Made by a program: the position numbers and the translations under genes. From a virus (Duplodnaviria; Caudoviricetes), in IMG/VR virus record IMGVR_UViG_3300037478_000329, positions 1 through 50,149 of that record: DNA of 50,149 nt. One strand, given 5' to 3'. Under the pieces are notes generated by a model. It had not been told where the DNA came from, ran no database searches, and saw only the letters and a program-made list of their open reading frames with translations. Of this stretch, positions 34,351 through 43,823 are shown in pieces (within the stretch, counting starts at the first letter, position 1; every line of letters begins with the position of its first letter).

Positions 34351-35502
34351 TTATCGGGCGCCCATGTTGATTTTGACCCAGGCGAGTTCACCTGCGGCCG
34401 CGCTCGACTCGAACGAGCAAATTGACGACACGTCGATCGCTTCGACGTCGGCGGATCCGATCGTCACGGTTGCGGCAGGCGCTTCGGTGTCAAGCCCATA
34501 GCCGACGACAAGATCGTCGATCGCGGTGCCGGCATCGGCGACGATCGTCAGGGTCGTGGCGTCTTCGGTGATCGTCAAGCCGATCCCGTTGGCCGCAGGC
34601 GTGGCGCCGCCGACCGCATCAACCAGCGAGTCGAACAGGCCGTCGATCGCATCGGCGACCGCGGTGGTCCCGTCGGTCGGGGTGTACGACGCGTGATAGG
34701 TGACGCCCCGGTGCCGGAGGGTCGCGGTGTACGTCGCCAGGTCCGCGACGAACGCGGAAAGCACGGTGGTCTGCTCGTCGCCATCGGGCGTCGCCCGAAG
34801 TCCGCCAAGGCGACCGGTGCCGGCGCGTCGCATGTACGGGGTATCACCCGGTGCGACCGCGTCCTCGACCTTGAACAGCATACGGCATTGCTCCGCGATG
34901 CTGTAAGTCTTGCCGCGCGCGCACTTGTCCACGCTCGCGGCGGTATCGCCGTCGGTCAGGCGGAAGTGATTCGCGTCGGTCCGGAACAGTACGCCGAGCA
35001 GGTCGGCGACCGTGGTCGAAGCGCCGGGCGCCGCGAACTCGTAATCGGCCGATCCCCGAGCGACGAATCGCCCGAACTCCAGGCCGTCGCCTCCGGCAGC
35101 CTGCACCGAACTCGCGACGGGGTCCGCCGTGGCGGTGCCACCGGTGGCGCTGAACGTATAGGTTCGGTTCGAGTGCTTGGCGCTGAACGTCAGCAACACG
35201 TCGGTGTCGACCTCGCCCGCGAGCGAGAACATGAGCGGGAGCTGGTCGTGGGCTGCGAACGCTGCAAGCGCGTTGGTAAGCAACGTCGCCTCCGTTGCGG
35301 AGCCGGTCGCGGTGAACGAATAGGACTGACCCGTCTCATCGTCCACGACGGTGACCACGAGATCGTCGGTCTCGCCTCCGGCGGTGACGGTGAGCAGCGT
35401 AATCTGGGCGAGCTGCGGCAAGGTGCGCGGTCGCGAGGACCGGGGACCCTGGGTCAAGCCTTCGACCCCGATCTCCGGGAGGACATTGTATTGCGTCTGC
35501 AT
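34351..35502 (-). CDS. capsid cement/decoration protein with inserted domains
   Basis: MQTQY N-terminus, LEFGRFV, C-terminal FESSAAAGELAWVKI; between the protease and capsid genes. Confidence 0.7.
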   Translation of the reverse strand: MQTQYNVLPEIGVEGLTQGPRSSRPRTLPQLAQITLLTVTAGGETDDLVVTVVDDETGQSYSFTATGSATEATLLTNALAAFAAHDQLPLMFSLAGEVDTDVLLTFSAKHSNRTYTFSATGGTATADPVASSVQAAGGDGLEFGRFVARGSADYEFAAPGASTTVADLLGVLFRTDANHFRLTDGDTAASVDKCARGKTYSIAEQCRMLFKVEDAVAPGDTPYMRRAGTGRLGGLRATPDGDEQTTVLSAFVADLATYTATLRHRGVTYHASYTPTDGTTAVADAIDGLFDSLVDAVGGATPAANGIGLTITEDATTLTIVADAGTAIDDLVVGYGLDTEAPAATVTIGSADVEAIDVSSICSFESSAAAGELAWVKINMGAR

Positions 35503-35505
35503 CGA

Positions 35506-36813
35506 TCAGATCTCCACGCCGCACTGTTTGAGGTAGCGAACTTGAGCCTCGACCGCAGGGTCGACGTCGGAGTCCGTTCGAATCGGGGCGCGTTGCTCCC
35601 ACGGGTTCGCGGACTCGACCGGCTTCGCAGCGATCGCCTCCGCGGCGAGTTCAAGCAGGAGGTCGAGCGCGGGGCCGGTCGACGCGTCGGCGCGAGCCTT
35701 TTGCGTCGGCAGGGCGGTCGCCACGATCAGGCGAGCCAGCTCGACGTCGTCGGCGGTATCACAGGCCGCGTCGTCGATTTTGGCTCGCACGGCGAGCCGC
35801 TCCAGTCGAACGCGCTTGCGCACGAGGTTCTTTGCGTCCTGCGATTTCATGGGGGGTTCTTTCTCTTCGTCGTCCGCATCCGCGGCGGGTTCTTCTTCGT
35901 CATCGTCCGCGGGCGGTTCGCCTGCGGCAGCGGGCGGGGGTTGGCCAACACTCACGGCTGGGGGCGGCTGCTCGTCGCCGGCCGAAGCGGGCGGGGCAGC
36001 GGGATCTGGAGCGGGTTCGCCTTCGGGGGCGGGAGCGGGGGCGCTCTGCGCCTTCATCTCGCGCAGTTCCTCGATCGCGGCAGCGACCCAGGTCGGCACC
36101 TCGAACTCGGTTCCGTCGGGGCCGACCAGCTTGGCGCTGGTGACCGGCATGCCGACTTCGTCGGCTCGACGTGCTCGCGCGACCCAGGATGCGATCTCGA
36201 TCGCGGAAAGTTTTAGCTTGCGCACGATCTGGGTATGTACCGCGGATCCGGCCGCGTCAAGTAACGCCCGGACGGCCGGACCGGACCGACCTTGCATCAC
36301 GCTCGCAACATGATTCCCGGACATGTCCCGCTGGATCGCATGATAGGTCTCGCCGTCGACCGTACCGCGTGACACCTCGACCGCGGACCAGAACCCGATC
36401 GAGATCTCGACCTGCCCCGCTTCCATCTTTTTGATCAGCGCCTCATCGAACACTTTGATGCGCGCGCGCATGTACGCCACGCCGTCGATGTCTTCGATCG
36501 TCGGCACCCCGAGCACAAACCCCCGCGAGTGATGCTTCGCGTTCTTTGCGTCGAGCATCTCCGCGGGGTGGTCGTCCGTAAAGATCGCGTTCGCGAACGA
36601 CGGCGCCGCTTTGACAAGTTCGTCGCGCGGGCGCCATTCGAGCCAGGACGTGCGCCCGTCCGAATACTTGAGCAGCCCGTCGCGAGCTAGGTACGCGTCG
36701 ACGACCAGATAGCCTTCGTCCGTGCGAGTCGCGGTGCCGCGGGCGGGCGTCGGCGCCTCGTCCGTGATCGCGACTCGCGTCGTGCACCAGTCGATCCGCC
36801 TCACACGCGCCAT
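35506..36813 (-). CDS. DUF2213 prohead protease/scaffold
   Basis: TDEGYL..TDDHP..EISIG..QRDMSGNHVASVMQGRSG. Confidence 0.88.
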   Translation of the reverse strand: MARVRRIDWCTTRVAITDEAPTPARGTATRTDEGYLVVDAYLARDGLLKYSDGRTSWLEWRPRDELVKAAPSFANAIFTDDHPAEMLDAKNAKHHSRGFVLGVPTIEDIDGVAYMRARIKVFDEALIKKMEAGQVEISIGFWSAVEVSRGTVDGETYHAIQRDMSGNHVASVMQGRSGPAVRALLDAAGSAVHTQIVRKLKLSAIEIASWVARARRADEVGMPVTSAKLVGPDGTEFEVPTWVAAAIEELREMKAQSAPAPAPEGEPAPDPAAPPASAGDEQPPPAVSVGQPPPAAAGEPPADDDEEEPAADADDEEKEPPMKSQDAKNLVRKRVRLERLAVRAKIDDAACDTADDVELARLIVATALPTQKARADASTGPALDLLLELAAEAIAAKPVESANPWEQRAPIRTDSDVDPAVEAQVRYLKQCGVEI

Positions 36814-37193
36814 CGCAGGATCATCCTTCGGGCGGTAGAATGCAGGCGCACAAGGCGGCGCCATTCGAGGCGGCGTTCGCCTGGCAACGTCGCGGGTGCG
36901 AGCACGTCGATCATCGCCGCGCCCCATAGTGGCTCCATCGGGACCGTCTTGCCTGCGAGCTCATGGGTGCAGTCGTTCAAAAACTGGATCTTCCCGTCGC
37001 GCACGAAGATGTGGCAGCGGGTCGACTCGGCGGGGTTCGACATGTTGCACCGGACTAGGATCGACGGGCTCACGGTCGGCCGCACGAAGTCTCCATTGAA
37101 GGTCCACCCCCCGTTGAAGCCGTGAGCACATTTGCAACCGGGGCACCAGAACATATGGGTGCCATCGTTGACCCTGCTGATCACGTCAATCAT
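36801..37193 (-). CDS. DUF6527-like Cys/His protein
   Basis: FWCPGC..H..WTFNGD..PTVSPSIL..CHIFVRDGKIQFLNDCTHELAG. Confidence 0.72.
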   Translation of the reverse strand: MIDVISRVNDGTHMFWCPGCKCAHGFNGGWTFNGDFVRPTVSPSILVRCNMSNPAESTRCHIFVRDGKIQFLNDCTHELAGKTVPMEPLWGAAMIDVLAPATLPGERRLEWRRLVRLHSTARRMILRWRV

Positions 37194-37432
37194 CGGTCCG
37201 TGTCCGTGTCGCCGTCCGTGTCCGCGTACGGAGCGGGCTCCGCGGCGTCGGAGGTCGAGAGCATGCCCAACCCTTGCAGGGTCATCACCGCAGCGGTGAT
37301 CAAGCCTGCGAGCGACCCGAGGATCGTCGCGACCGCCAGCGCGTCGCGCCGGTCCCACTTGCCATCGGACAATGTCGCGATCGCCTCGTGGATCTTGTTC
37401 AGTTCGTCGCGCGTGTTCGGTTCGTCGCCCAT
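37190..37432 (-). CDS. small membrane protein (holin candidate)
   Basis: One long hydrophobic segment ALAVATILGSLAGLITAAVMTL. Confidence 0.6.
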   Translation of the reverse strand: MGDEPNTRDELNKIHEAIATLSDGKWDRRDALAVATILGSLAGLITAAVMTLQGLGMLSTSDAAEPAPYADTDGDTDTDR

Positions 37433-37548
37433 GCGCGGGGTATAGCACAAGGTCCCGGATTGCCCGCCGGGGTCGGGGTCGGCTCCACTTACGATCAGAC
37501 GCTAACGCTCCGATGGGGAACCTCGCGGGCTATGCCCGCATGGATACT

Positions 37549-37579
37549 AACACAAAACCCGGAAAGCCCCTGCCGGGTT
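37549..37579 (-). terminator. Rho-independent terminator
   Basis: AACCCGG/CCGGGTT stem followed by a T-rich tail on the minus strand, just after the stop at 37583. Confidence 0.65.
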
Positions 37580-37582
37580 GCG

Positions 37583-37783
37583 TCATGGGGCGGGTGGGTA
37601 CTTCATGCGTCCGTCTTCGACGGCGTCGGCCAGCTCTCGGAGCTTACGGGCGGTCCTCATGTTCACATTGAAGATGCTCACCCCGTCCAGCGGCCCGCCG
37701 TCGAAGGTCTCGCCCTTGGGCACTTGCCGGGCGTCGTTGGCGAACCCATCGGCAATCCATCGAATCACCTTAGCGGGGGTCAT
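37583..37783 (-). CDS. hypothetical protein
   Basis: GAGG then ATG 37783, overlapping the upstream stop. Confidence 0.55.
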   Translation of the reverse strand: MTPAKVIRWIADGFANDARQVPKGETFDGGPLDGVSIFNVNMRTARKLRELADAVEDGRMKYPPAP

Positions 37784-38019
37784 ATCCTCACTCCCCCGTC
37801 GTAACGCACCGTCGGCTCGATGCCGTCGACTCCGCCGTCGCCCGTGACACTCAGGTGCTTCAGGACCACGACACCGTCTCGGGTGACCAGGGGCGCGGCA
37901 GTGCTTACGGAGCGGCTGCTTGGGTCCGTGCGCCCGGTGATCTCGAAGTTGTGCTTCATACACAACGCGAAGAGCTCTTCGAGGAACGCCGCGAGTTCTG
38001 GGTTCTTGATTCCCTGCAT
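37780..38019 (-). CDS. hypothetical protein
   Basis: Purine-rich RBS region; operon packing. Confidence 0.6.
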   Translation of the reverse strand: MQGIKNPELAAFLEELFALCMKHNFEITGRTDPSSRSVSTAAPLVTRDGVVVLKHLSVTGDGGVDGIEPTVRYDGGVRI

Positions 38020-38025
38020 GTTTCC

Positions 38026-38247
38026 CTACTCCCTGTAGAAGACCCCGTCGACGCGGGGAACCGTAGCACGTCCGCGACGGCTTTCGGGCGGGCAGGCGTC
38101 CCCGTGGTCGACCACCCGCGCGAGCAAGCGCCAGGACTCGACCGCGTCCCCGACCGAACACCGGATGATCTGCGCCGGCGTAGCGCGGCGTAGCAGCGCG
38201 ATGCGGTACGCGTGCAGTTCGAGGCGCCAGGCTGCGAGGATGTCCAC
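38026..38247 (-). CDS. hypothetical protein
   Basis: Fills the gap after terL. Confidence 0.45.
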   Translation of the reverse strand: MDILAAWRLELHAYRIALLRRATPAQIIRCSVGDAVESWRLLARVVDHGDACPPESRRGRATVPRVDGVFYRE

Positions 38248-38256
38248 GCGCGCACG

Positions 38257-39588
38257 TTAGAACAGCGGGCCGACCTTGTCTAGCGCCGCGTCGAGCACGG
38301 CTTGCGTGAGCGCGTCCATGCGGTCGGGGGAAGCTTTCCCCGGATACCACTTGGTAAGCTGCTTCTCCAGGTCCGGGAACACCCCGACATGGTGCACGCG
38401 CCCCGCCTCGTACACGACCCCCGCCGCGTCCGCCCGCTCGATCTTCGACTGCCGCGCCGTGATAGCCTGCACGGGGAACGTTACCCCGCGCGCCTGCATG
38501 CGCGTGTCCAGGACGAACACGCACTGATCCCCACCGTTGTTATCCTCGATCAAGATCCGCACCCCGCACTTGAACCGGTGACGCATGTACATCGCGCGAT
38601 CGATCGCGATGTCAGCCCATACCCCGGGCTGCACGCCCTGGATCGTCGCGTCGTCGAGCACATAAAAGTGCTTGTGCTCGTGCGGGCCCCCGACCCCGAG
38701 CGCGATGATCCCCGTCGCATCGCTGGACTTCTTATCCTTCGCCGCGGGGTCGATGCTGACGATCACCTCGCGGATCTCCAAGTGGTCCGCGATGACTTCG
38801 CGGTGCCGATCGATCACGTCCTGACAAAACGCGGGCCTGGACCCATCGAGCAACTCGCCGTCGAGTTCCTCGCGCGCACTCGACGTGTGCGTGCCCCCAT
38901 GACCGGCTTCGAGCGCGGCGCGGGTGCCGGGGTCCAAGTTGTCGACGTTGTCATAGAAGCGTCCGCGCGTCGTCGTGACAAGGTCCGCGAACTCGGACAC
39001 GAGCATGCGCGACACGTCGCCGCGGCTCCACGGGGTCGAGGTGATCAACCCGTGCGCGCCCGGGTCGGGGGCAAGCGCACGCATCGTGTCGTTGATCACC
39101 TTGAACGAGCCGACGGGGTCTTGCCAAAACGCGAGTTCGTCCGCCCAAAAAAAGTTCCCCGAGAACCCGCGGAACGCCCGGGGCACGTCCCCGCCGTACG
39201 TCCGGATCTCCGCCCCGCTCGGGTGGAAGATCTTCCCGCGCGACGGCCGGTGGTCGAGTTCATATCCCCGCGCCTCCGCGCACCTGATCAACCCGGCCGG
39301 TCCGTGGATCAGGGTCTCGCGCGTATCCGCGATCGTGCGCCCCGCAATGCCTGCGTTTGCTACCGGACCCCAGTCCTCGCAGATGTCGAGCGTGTACTCT
39401 GAAGCGCTCCGGGTCTTGCCCTCGCCCCGCCCCGCCTGCCGGTTCCACCATCGCCTGCAGCCCTTCGGACGCAACTGCGCGGGTCGGGCGAATGCCTGCC
39501 ACGTCCGGAGCATGCCCGCGTATTCGTCCGCCGTGATCGCGCCTGGTGGCGTCACGAGGTCCGCGGGCACGAAGATGGGCGCGCTCAT
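38257..39588 (-). CDS. terL: terminase large subunit
   Basis: Walker A AGRGEGKT, Walker B FFWADE, TSTP, nuclease motifs SIDPA and DRMDAL. Confidence 0.92.
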   Translation of the reverse strand: MSAPIFVPADLVTPPGAITADEYAGMLRTWQAFARPAQLRPKGCRRWWNRQAGRGEGKTRSASEYTLDICEDWGPVANAGIAGRTIADTRETLIHGPAGLIRCAEARGYELDHRPSRGKIFHPSGAEIRTYGGDVPRAFRGFSGNFFWADELAFWQDPVGSFKVINDTMRALAPDPGAHGLITSTPWSRGDVSRMLVSEFADLVTTTRGRFYDNVDNLDPGTRAALEAGHGGTHTSSAREELDGELLDGSRPAFCQDVIDRHREVIADHLEIREVIVSIDPAAKDKKSSDATGIIALGVGGPHEHKHFYVLDDATIQGVQPGVWADIAIDRAMYMRHRFKCGVRILIEDNNGGDQCVFVLDTRMQARGVTFPVQAITARQSKIERADAAGVVYEAGRVHHVGVFPDLEKQLTKWYPGKASPDRMDALTQAVLDAALDKVGPLF

Positions 39589-39806
39589 GTCCTCGACCTC
39601 CGCCGCCGCGGGAGCATGCGAGCGAGCGCGTGCTTCTCCTGCGACGGGATCGCCGCGTACCAACAATCAAAGCAGAGCGGCTGCGCCCAGTCCTCCGTAT
39701 CCGCGAGGATCACGGGATCACCGCACGGGCATCCTAGAATCTCGAACGGGCGCGCCACGCAGATGCACTCACGCCGCCCGCACGTCGGACACGTCCGGCT
39801 GCTCAC
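39585..39806 (-). CDS. Cys-rich zinc-binding small protein
   Basis: CPTC..CIC..CPC..CFDC. Confidence 0.6.
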   Translation of the reverse strand: MSSRTCPTCGRRECICVARPFEILGCPCGDPVILADTEDWAQPLCFDCWYAAIPSQEKHALARMLPRRRRSRT

Positions 39807-40465
39807 AACGCGCCCCCGTACGACTCCAGGTGCGCTGCGAGTTCCTCGACCGGTGCGTTAGGCGCGAGCGTCGCGACCTGCAGGTATAGATCGCGCAAGC
39901 GCTCGTCGCGGGCGCGCTCGTCCGGGTCGGCCGGAGGATCGACCTTGAGCCGTGCGAGCCGCCGGCGTACCAATGCGCCAGTCCATTGCGCGTAGCGGCG
40001 CTGCATTGCGCGTAGGTGCCTTGCGTCGGCCGCCGACAGACCAGCCCCCTGGTCCTCCGCCTGTTCGGGCTCCGCCTCCGCCGCCTTCGAGATCCGGGCG
40101 ACCTCCGACAACGCGCGGATCCGGTCCGCGGGATGCGGGGCGTGTTGCGCGTTCCACATGAGCTCCCCGAGCAGATGCGCTTTGACCGCGCCGCGGTCGT
40201 TGAAGTCGAGCGCCTTCGGGCGCGGTTTCGGGGCTGCGCCAGATGGGGGCGGGGCCGCGGCGTTTGTTCGCATCGCGCGCACGGGAGAGTCCTCGCGCTG
40301 GTGCGCCTCTTCAGCGCGTAGCCGCGTCTTCGCCGCTTTGTACCATCGGGCGAAGGTGCGATAAGGGCACCCGTACGCTCGCGCCGCGGCCTTCGCGTTT
40401 CCCTCGTGCGTGTTCACGAACGCGAGCAGTTCGACGTCGGACGGACGCGGGGGGCGTCCTGGCAT
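39803..40465 (-). CDS. HTH protein, probable terminase small subunit
   Basis: GNAKAAARAYGCPYRTFARWYK HTH; upstream of terL. Confidence 0.65.
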   Translation of the reverse strand: MPGRPPRPSDVELLAFVNTHEGNAKAAARAYGCPYRTFARWYKAAKTRLRAEEAHQREDSPVRAMRTNAAAPPPSGAAPKPRPKALDFNDRGAVKAHLLGELMWNAQHAPHPADRIRALSEVARISKAAEAEPEQAEDQGAGLSAADARHLRAMQRRYAQWTGALVRRRLARLKVDPPADPDERARDERLRDLYLQVATLAPNAPVEELAAHLESYGGAL

Positions 40466-40545
40466 TCGTGTCACGTATTTTGGCACCGCGTGACATTGTG
40501 CCACGCGCATAGCCCGCACGCAAGGCGGGGCGCGCGCCCATACCC

Positions 40546-40577
40546 CGAAAGCCCCGACCTCCTGCGAGGTACGGGGC
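40546..40577 (-). terminator. conserved bulged hairpin, copy 3
   Basis: Minus strand GCCCCGTACCTCGCAGGAGGTCGGGGCTTTCG after the stop at 40600. Confidence 0.7.
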
Positions 40578-40599
40578 GGGGGTCAAGCCGGGGCGGGCT

Positions 40600-41241
40600 T
40601 CACCCGCGGGCCTGGACATGCCTGAGAAGTCCCCGGAGCATGGTGTTTGCCGCCCGAAGGCCGTCGGCGGCTGCGAGGCGCGCGGCGGTGGCCAGGACCG
40701 CCTGCAGGTTGTCGTTCCGGATCGCGCCGCCGTGAACCAGGGCAGCGGCGCGCAGTGCGATCCCAGCGTGCTCCGAGTCAAACCGGAACTCGGGGGAGAC
40801 GCACGTACCACTGCGGCCGAAGGCGAGCAGAGTGGAGAGGGTACCACGCAAGATGTCGACGTCCTGGAGGACCTCGATCGAGGCGCGATCGTCCCGCGGA
40901 CCTTGTAGGACGTACGTGTACAACTCCGCCGGAGCGGCCTGCCGCAGGAGCGCGTTTCGGTCCGCCACCCCGAGTCCGAGCAGGCAACCGAGATACATCG
41001 CAGGGACGCCCCCAGGGCCGTTGTCGCGCCGCGCGTACGACTTTTGCGTATCCAGGTACACGTCATACATGAGCGCATAGAACACGAGGCCGTAACCATC
41101 GCAAGGTTCGAGCCGGAACAAATACGGCGCCGCCGCATAAATGCGGGAGTCACGCGCCGCGCGCTTCTTTGCGCGGTATGCGGTGGCCGCACGGACGGCC
41201 TGGTTTCGGGAACGGATCGGATCGATGGGCGGAGCGCGCAT
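40600..41241 (-). CDS. hypothetical protein
   Basis: Extended -10 TGnTATCGT 6 nt before ATG 41241 (leaderless). Confidence 0.6.
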   Translation of the reverse strand: MRAPPIDPIRSRNQAVRAATAYRAKKRAARDSRIYAAAPYLFRLEPCDGYGLVFYALMYDVYLDTQKSYARRDNGPGGVPAMYLGCLLGLGVADRNALLRQAAPAELYTYVLQGPRDDRASIEVLQDVDILRGTLSTLLAFGRSGTCVSPEFRFDSEHAGIALRAAALVHGGAIRNDNLQAVLATAARLAAADGLRAANTMLRGLLRHVQARG

Positions 41242-41254
41242 GCCCAGACGATAA

Positions 41255-41450
41255 CACAAAAAAACTGTTCACGGTGTGCTTTTTAGCTGTAAAAAATGCC
41301 GGATCAGAAGATCGGAAAGTCCCCTTTTAGGCATGATCATATCCGTCCGTGAAATGTAGATCCCTTACAATCTAAAAGGTGTGATGTTCACTCCAAAGCA
41401 ATGGTTCTATCCGATCATCCGATCACTTTTTAAGTACAGTGCAAAATAAA
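41255..41450. other. AT-rich non-coding region, candidate replication origin / regulatory region
   Basis: The most conspicuous AT-rich intergenic stretch; clustered GATC and TCCGATC repeats; next to the primase-helicase gene. Confidence 0.45.
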
Positions 41451-41481
41451 AACGCCCCAGGCTATTAACCCGGGGCGTAAA
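41443..41481 (-). terminator. Rho-independent terminator after the primase-helicase gene
   Basis: Minus strand ACGCCCCGGG-loop-CCTGGGGCGT followed by TTTTATTTT. Confidence 0.75.
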
Positions 41482-41495
41482 TCGAGCGACGCGAT

Positions 41496-43715
41496 TTAGA
41501 GTCCGCAATAATCCACATACCACGCGATTAGCGCTTTACTCACCCTGTGGATCCGCGTGCGCTTCGCGCCCACCAGGATCTGCTCAAGCGCGAGCCCCGC
41601 AAGCGCGAGTCCCACCGATCGTGCCGATGCGCTCCTGGGGCGGTCCTCGCCCCACTGTGTGTAGAGCCCCTGCGCCCGCACGAGGACGTGTTCGCCGTCG
41701 TCCGCGAGCCATGGACCCAGGGCAGCGGTACCGGCTGTAAAGTCCACCTCCGACGCCGGGCGGGCCCCCCGTTCGAGTTCCTCCGCGATGCGCACGATCA
41801 AGTCCCCGCGGAGCCCGGAGGACACCCGCGCGAACTCCATCAACTCCACGTCCCCCGCCGGGCACCAGAACCGCTCGGACCGCTTGAAGCCCTTGGACAT
41901 GAGCCATAGGACATGGCGTGGTATACCGTCCCCTTCGACCAGCGCGTCCATGTCCACGCCGTGGCGCTCCCACCAGTATTGCGCCGACTCCGCCACGGGG
42001 ATGTGTAGGAGCCGGTCGCCGAACGCGGACAGCGATTCGTCGTTCAGCTCGTACGAAACCGCGCCCGATACGAGTGCCCGGACGTCGTTCGTCGCGACGG
42101 CGTACCGCATCGTCCCCTCGACCGTGCTCACGTCCATGTGCTTGCGTTCGAGCGCCTGCTTGCGGTCGGACACCGCGGCCCGTAGAAACGCCGCCAGCGC
42201 CTCGCCTGCTTCGCTCGCGCCGGCGTCGTCATCGGCCACCGCGAGTCGCGCGCCGGTCATGGCGCTATTGAACCGCTTGCCCAAGACATTGCGCATCGCG
42301 ACGTGTCCGTCTCGCCACAAGCGCCCGACCCCGTTGAGCAAAGCCGTCTTCGCGGTGTGCTTTGCCCCCGAGAGCACGAGCGCACGGCATGGACCATCGT
42401 CCCCGAACGACGCGAGCCAGTAGGTGAGGTGCGCGGCGTACTTGCCCCCGATCGCTTCGATCATAATCTCCGCGTCTGCCGACCGCTCGGGGGCGAGTTC
42501 CTTGCGGATCGGCGCGGTGGCGACGTGCATGGTCCCCGTCCGGGGATCGTAGGTGGTCGAGCGCACCGACAGCGACTCGACCACGTCCGCGAGCCGGACT
42601 CCGTGGGACTTGAGTAGCGCGCCGTTGTCGGGGATCTGCGTGCCGTAAAGTGCATTGATTGATTCGAGCGTCGCGGGGGTGAGCGCGTCCCGAGAGATCG
42701 GCCCGTCCCAGAGTTCCCCGACCCGCACAAAATACGACTTGCCCTGGTGCGCGATCAGGGGCAGGGTCCCGACCTCGCACGCGTCCGCACGGTGCTCGCC
42801 AACCCACGTCCACGCGACCCGCCGCAGGGGCTCGCCGATTGCCTCCGCCTCCGCCGACGCCCGCCCGTGCTTCTCTTGCAGCCAGTCCCAATACCGGCGC
42901 AAGGTGTCGTCGTCCGTGAGTTCCGCACCGTCGGCCGCGAGCGCCCGCATGGACGGGGCGAACAACGCGGAGATCGAGTCCTCCGTCGCGTGTGGCCAAG
43001 CCTTGAACAACTCCCCGAGCAGCGTGGTCAAGGTCGGACGGCGCTCGCCGTCCGCCGCGAACACCTGCCCCGCGAGCACGAGGCGAAGCCTGCGAGCAAG
43101 TTCCTGATCTTTGCGCTTCGCGAGCCGGTCGATCAGACGCCCGAGATCGATCCGGGTTGGGTTCGTGATCTCATCCCCGAGCCGTCCGAGCGCTTCCCTC
43201 CATCCGTCCCGAAGCGGGGGCAGCTCCAAGCGTCCTGCAGCCAACGCTATCGCGAGATCGGGGCTCGCGGCATAGGTCGCCCCCGACTTGTGAAGCGCCC
43301 CCGGAGCGACGACATAGCCGCCCGTGCTCTTGACGTCGACGCCGGGTGTGGGGGTTCCGCAGGTCGAGGTCCCGCGATACCAAAGATGGACGCCGCCCCC
43401 GTCGCGACCCGAGAGGGTACGGAACGGCGTGTCGCCGCATATCTGCAGGACCCGCGGGAGCAGGTCGATCACGTCGACGTCGACCACGGTCGCCCCGAGC
43501 GAGCCGGGGAACACGAGCGCGTCATAGTTCGGCCATTGCGCCGCCCAGGCTTGATACTGCTCCGGTGGGTACTTAGGGGACTCGGGGCCGTGCATGGCGG
43601 GCCCGTCACCCTTGTGACCCCATCCCCCGATCGCGGGCAGTTTCGTTGTAGGAGCGCTCGGAATGCAGTTTCCACCCACGCGCGCCCATGGCCAGGCGTC
43701 CACGAGGAACGTCAA
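41496..43715 (-). CDS. bifunctional primase-polymerase (Prim-Pol) fused to an SF3/D5-like helicase
   Basis: VVDVD, GGVHLWY, DVKSTGGYVVAPGALH; LVLSGAKHTAKT, LAVADD, VATN. Confidence 0.85.
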   Translation of the reverse strand: MTFLVDAWPWARVGGNCIPSAPTTKLPAIGGWGHKGDGPAMHGPESPKYPPEQYQAWAAQWPNYDALVFPGSLGATVVDVDVIDLLPRVLQICGDTPFRTLSGRDGGGVHLWYRGTSTCGTPTPGVDVKSTGGYVVAPGALHKSGATYAASPDLAIALAAGRLELPPLRDGWREALGRLGDEITNPTRIDLGRLIDRLAKRKDQELARRLRLVLAGQVFAADGERRPTLTTLLGELFKAWPHATEDSISALFAPSMRALAADGAELTDDDTLRRYWDWLQEKHGRASAEAEAIGEPLRRVAWTWVGEHRADACEVGTLPLIAHQGKSYFVRVGELWDGPISRDALTPATLESINALYGTQIPDNGALLKSHGVRLADVVESLSVRSTTYDPRTGTMHVATAPIRKELAPERSADAEIMIEAIGGKYAAHLTYWLASFGDDGPCRALVLSGAKHTAKTALLNGVGRLWRDGHVAMRNVLGKRFNSAMTGARLAVADDDAGASEAGEALAAFLRAAVSDRKQALERKHMDVSTVEGTMRYAVATNDVRALVSGAVSYELNDESLSAFGDRLLHIPVAESAQYWWERHGVDMDALVEGDGIPRHVLWLMSKGFKRSERFWCPAGDVELMEFARVSSGLRGDLIVRIAEELERGARPASEVDFTAGTAALGPWLADDGEHVLVRAQGLYTQWGEDRPRSASARSVGLALAGLALEQILVGAKRTRIHRVSKALIAWYVDYCGL

Positions 43716-43786
43716 AACACACCTAGAATCGATCGCATCGCGTGAACCTTACGCGCGGAAGGTCGCGTGTGCCAAGCAGAATCCGC

Positions 43787-43816
43787 TTGCGCCTGGCCGG
43801 CCGGGGGGCGTAAGGT
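43787..43816 (+). promoter_or_regulatory. sigma70-type promoter, leaderless start
   Basis: TTGCGC-18 bp-TAAGGT-7 nt-ATG 43824. Confidence 0.55.
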
Positions 43817-43823
43817 GTGGGGG

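Noticed and set aside
40469-40495. Inverted repeat TGTCACG-N13-CGTGACA before the putative terS
   Set aside because: Single 7-bp-arm occurrence; could be an operator, but there is no independent support.
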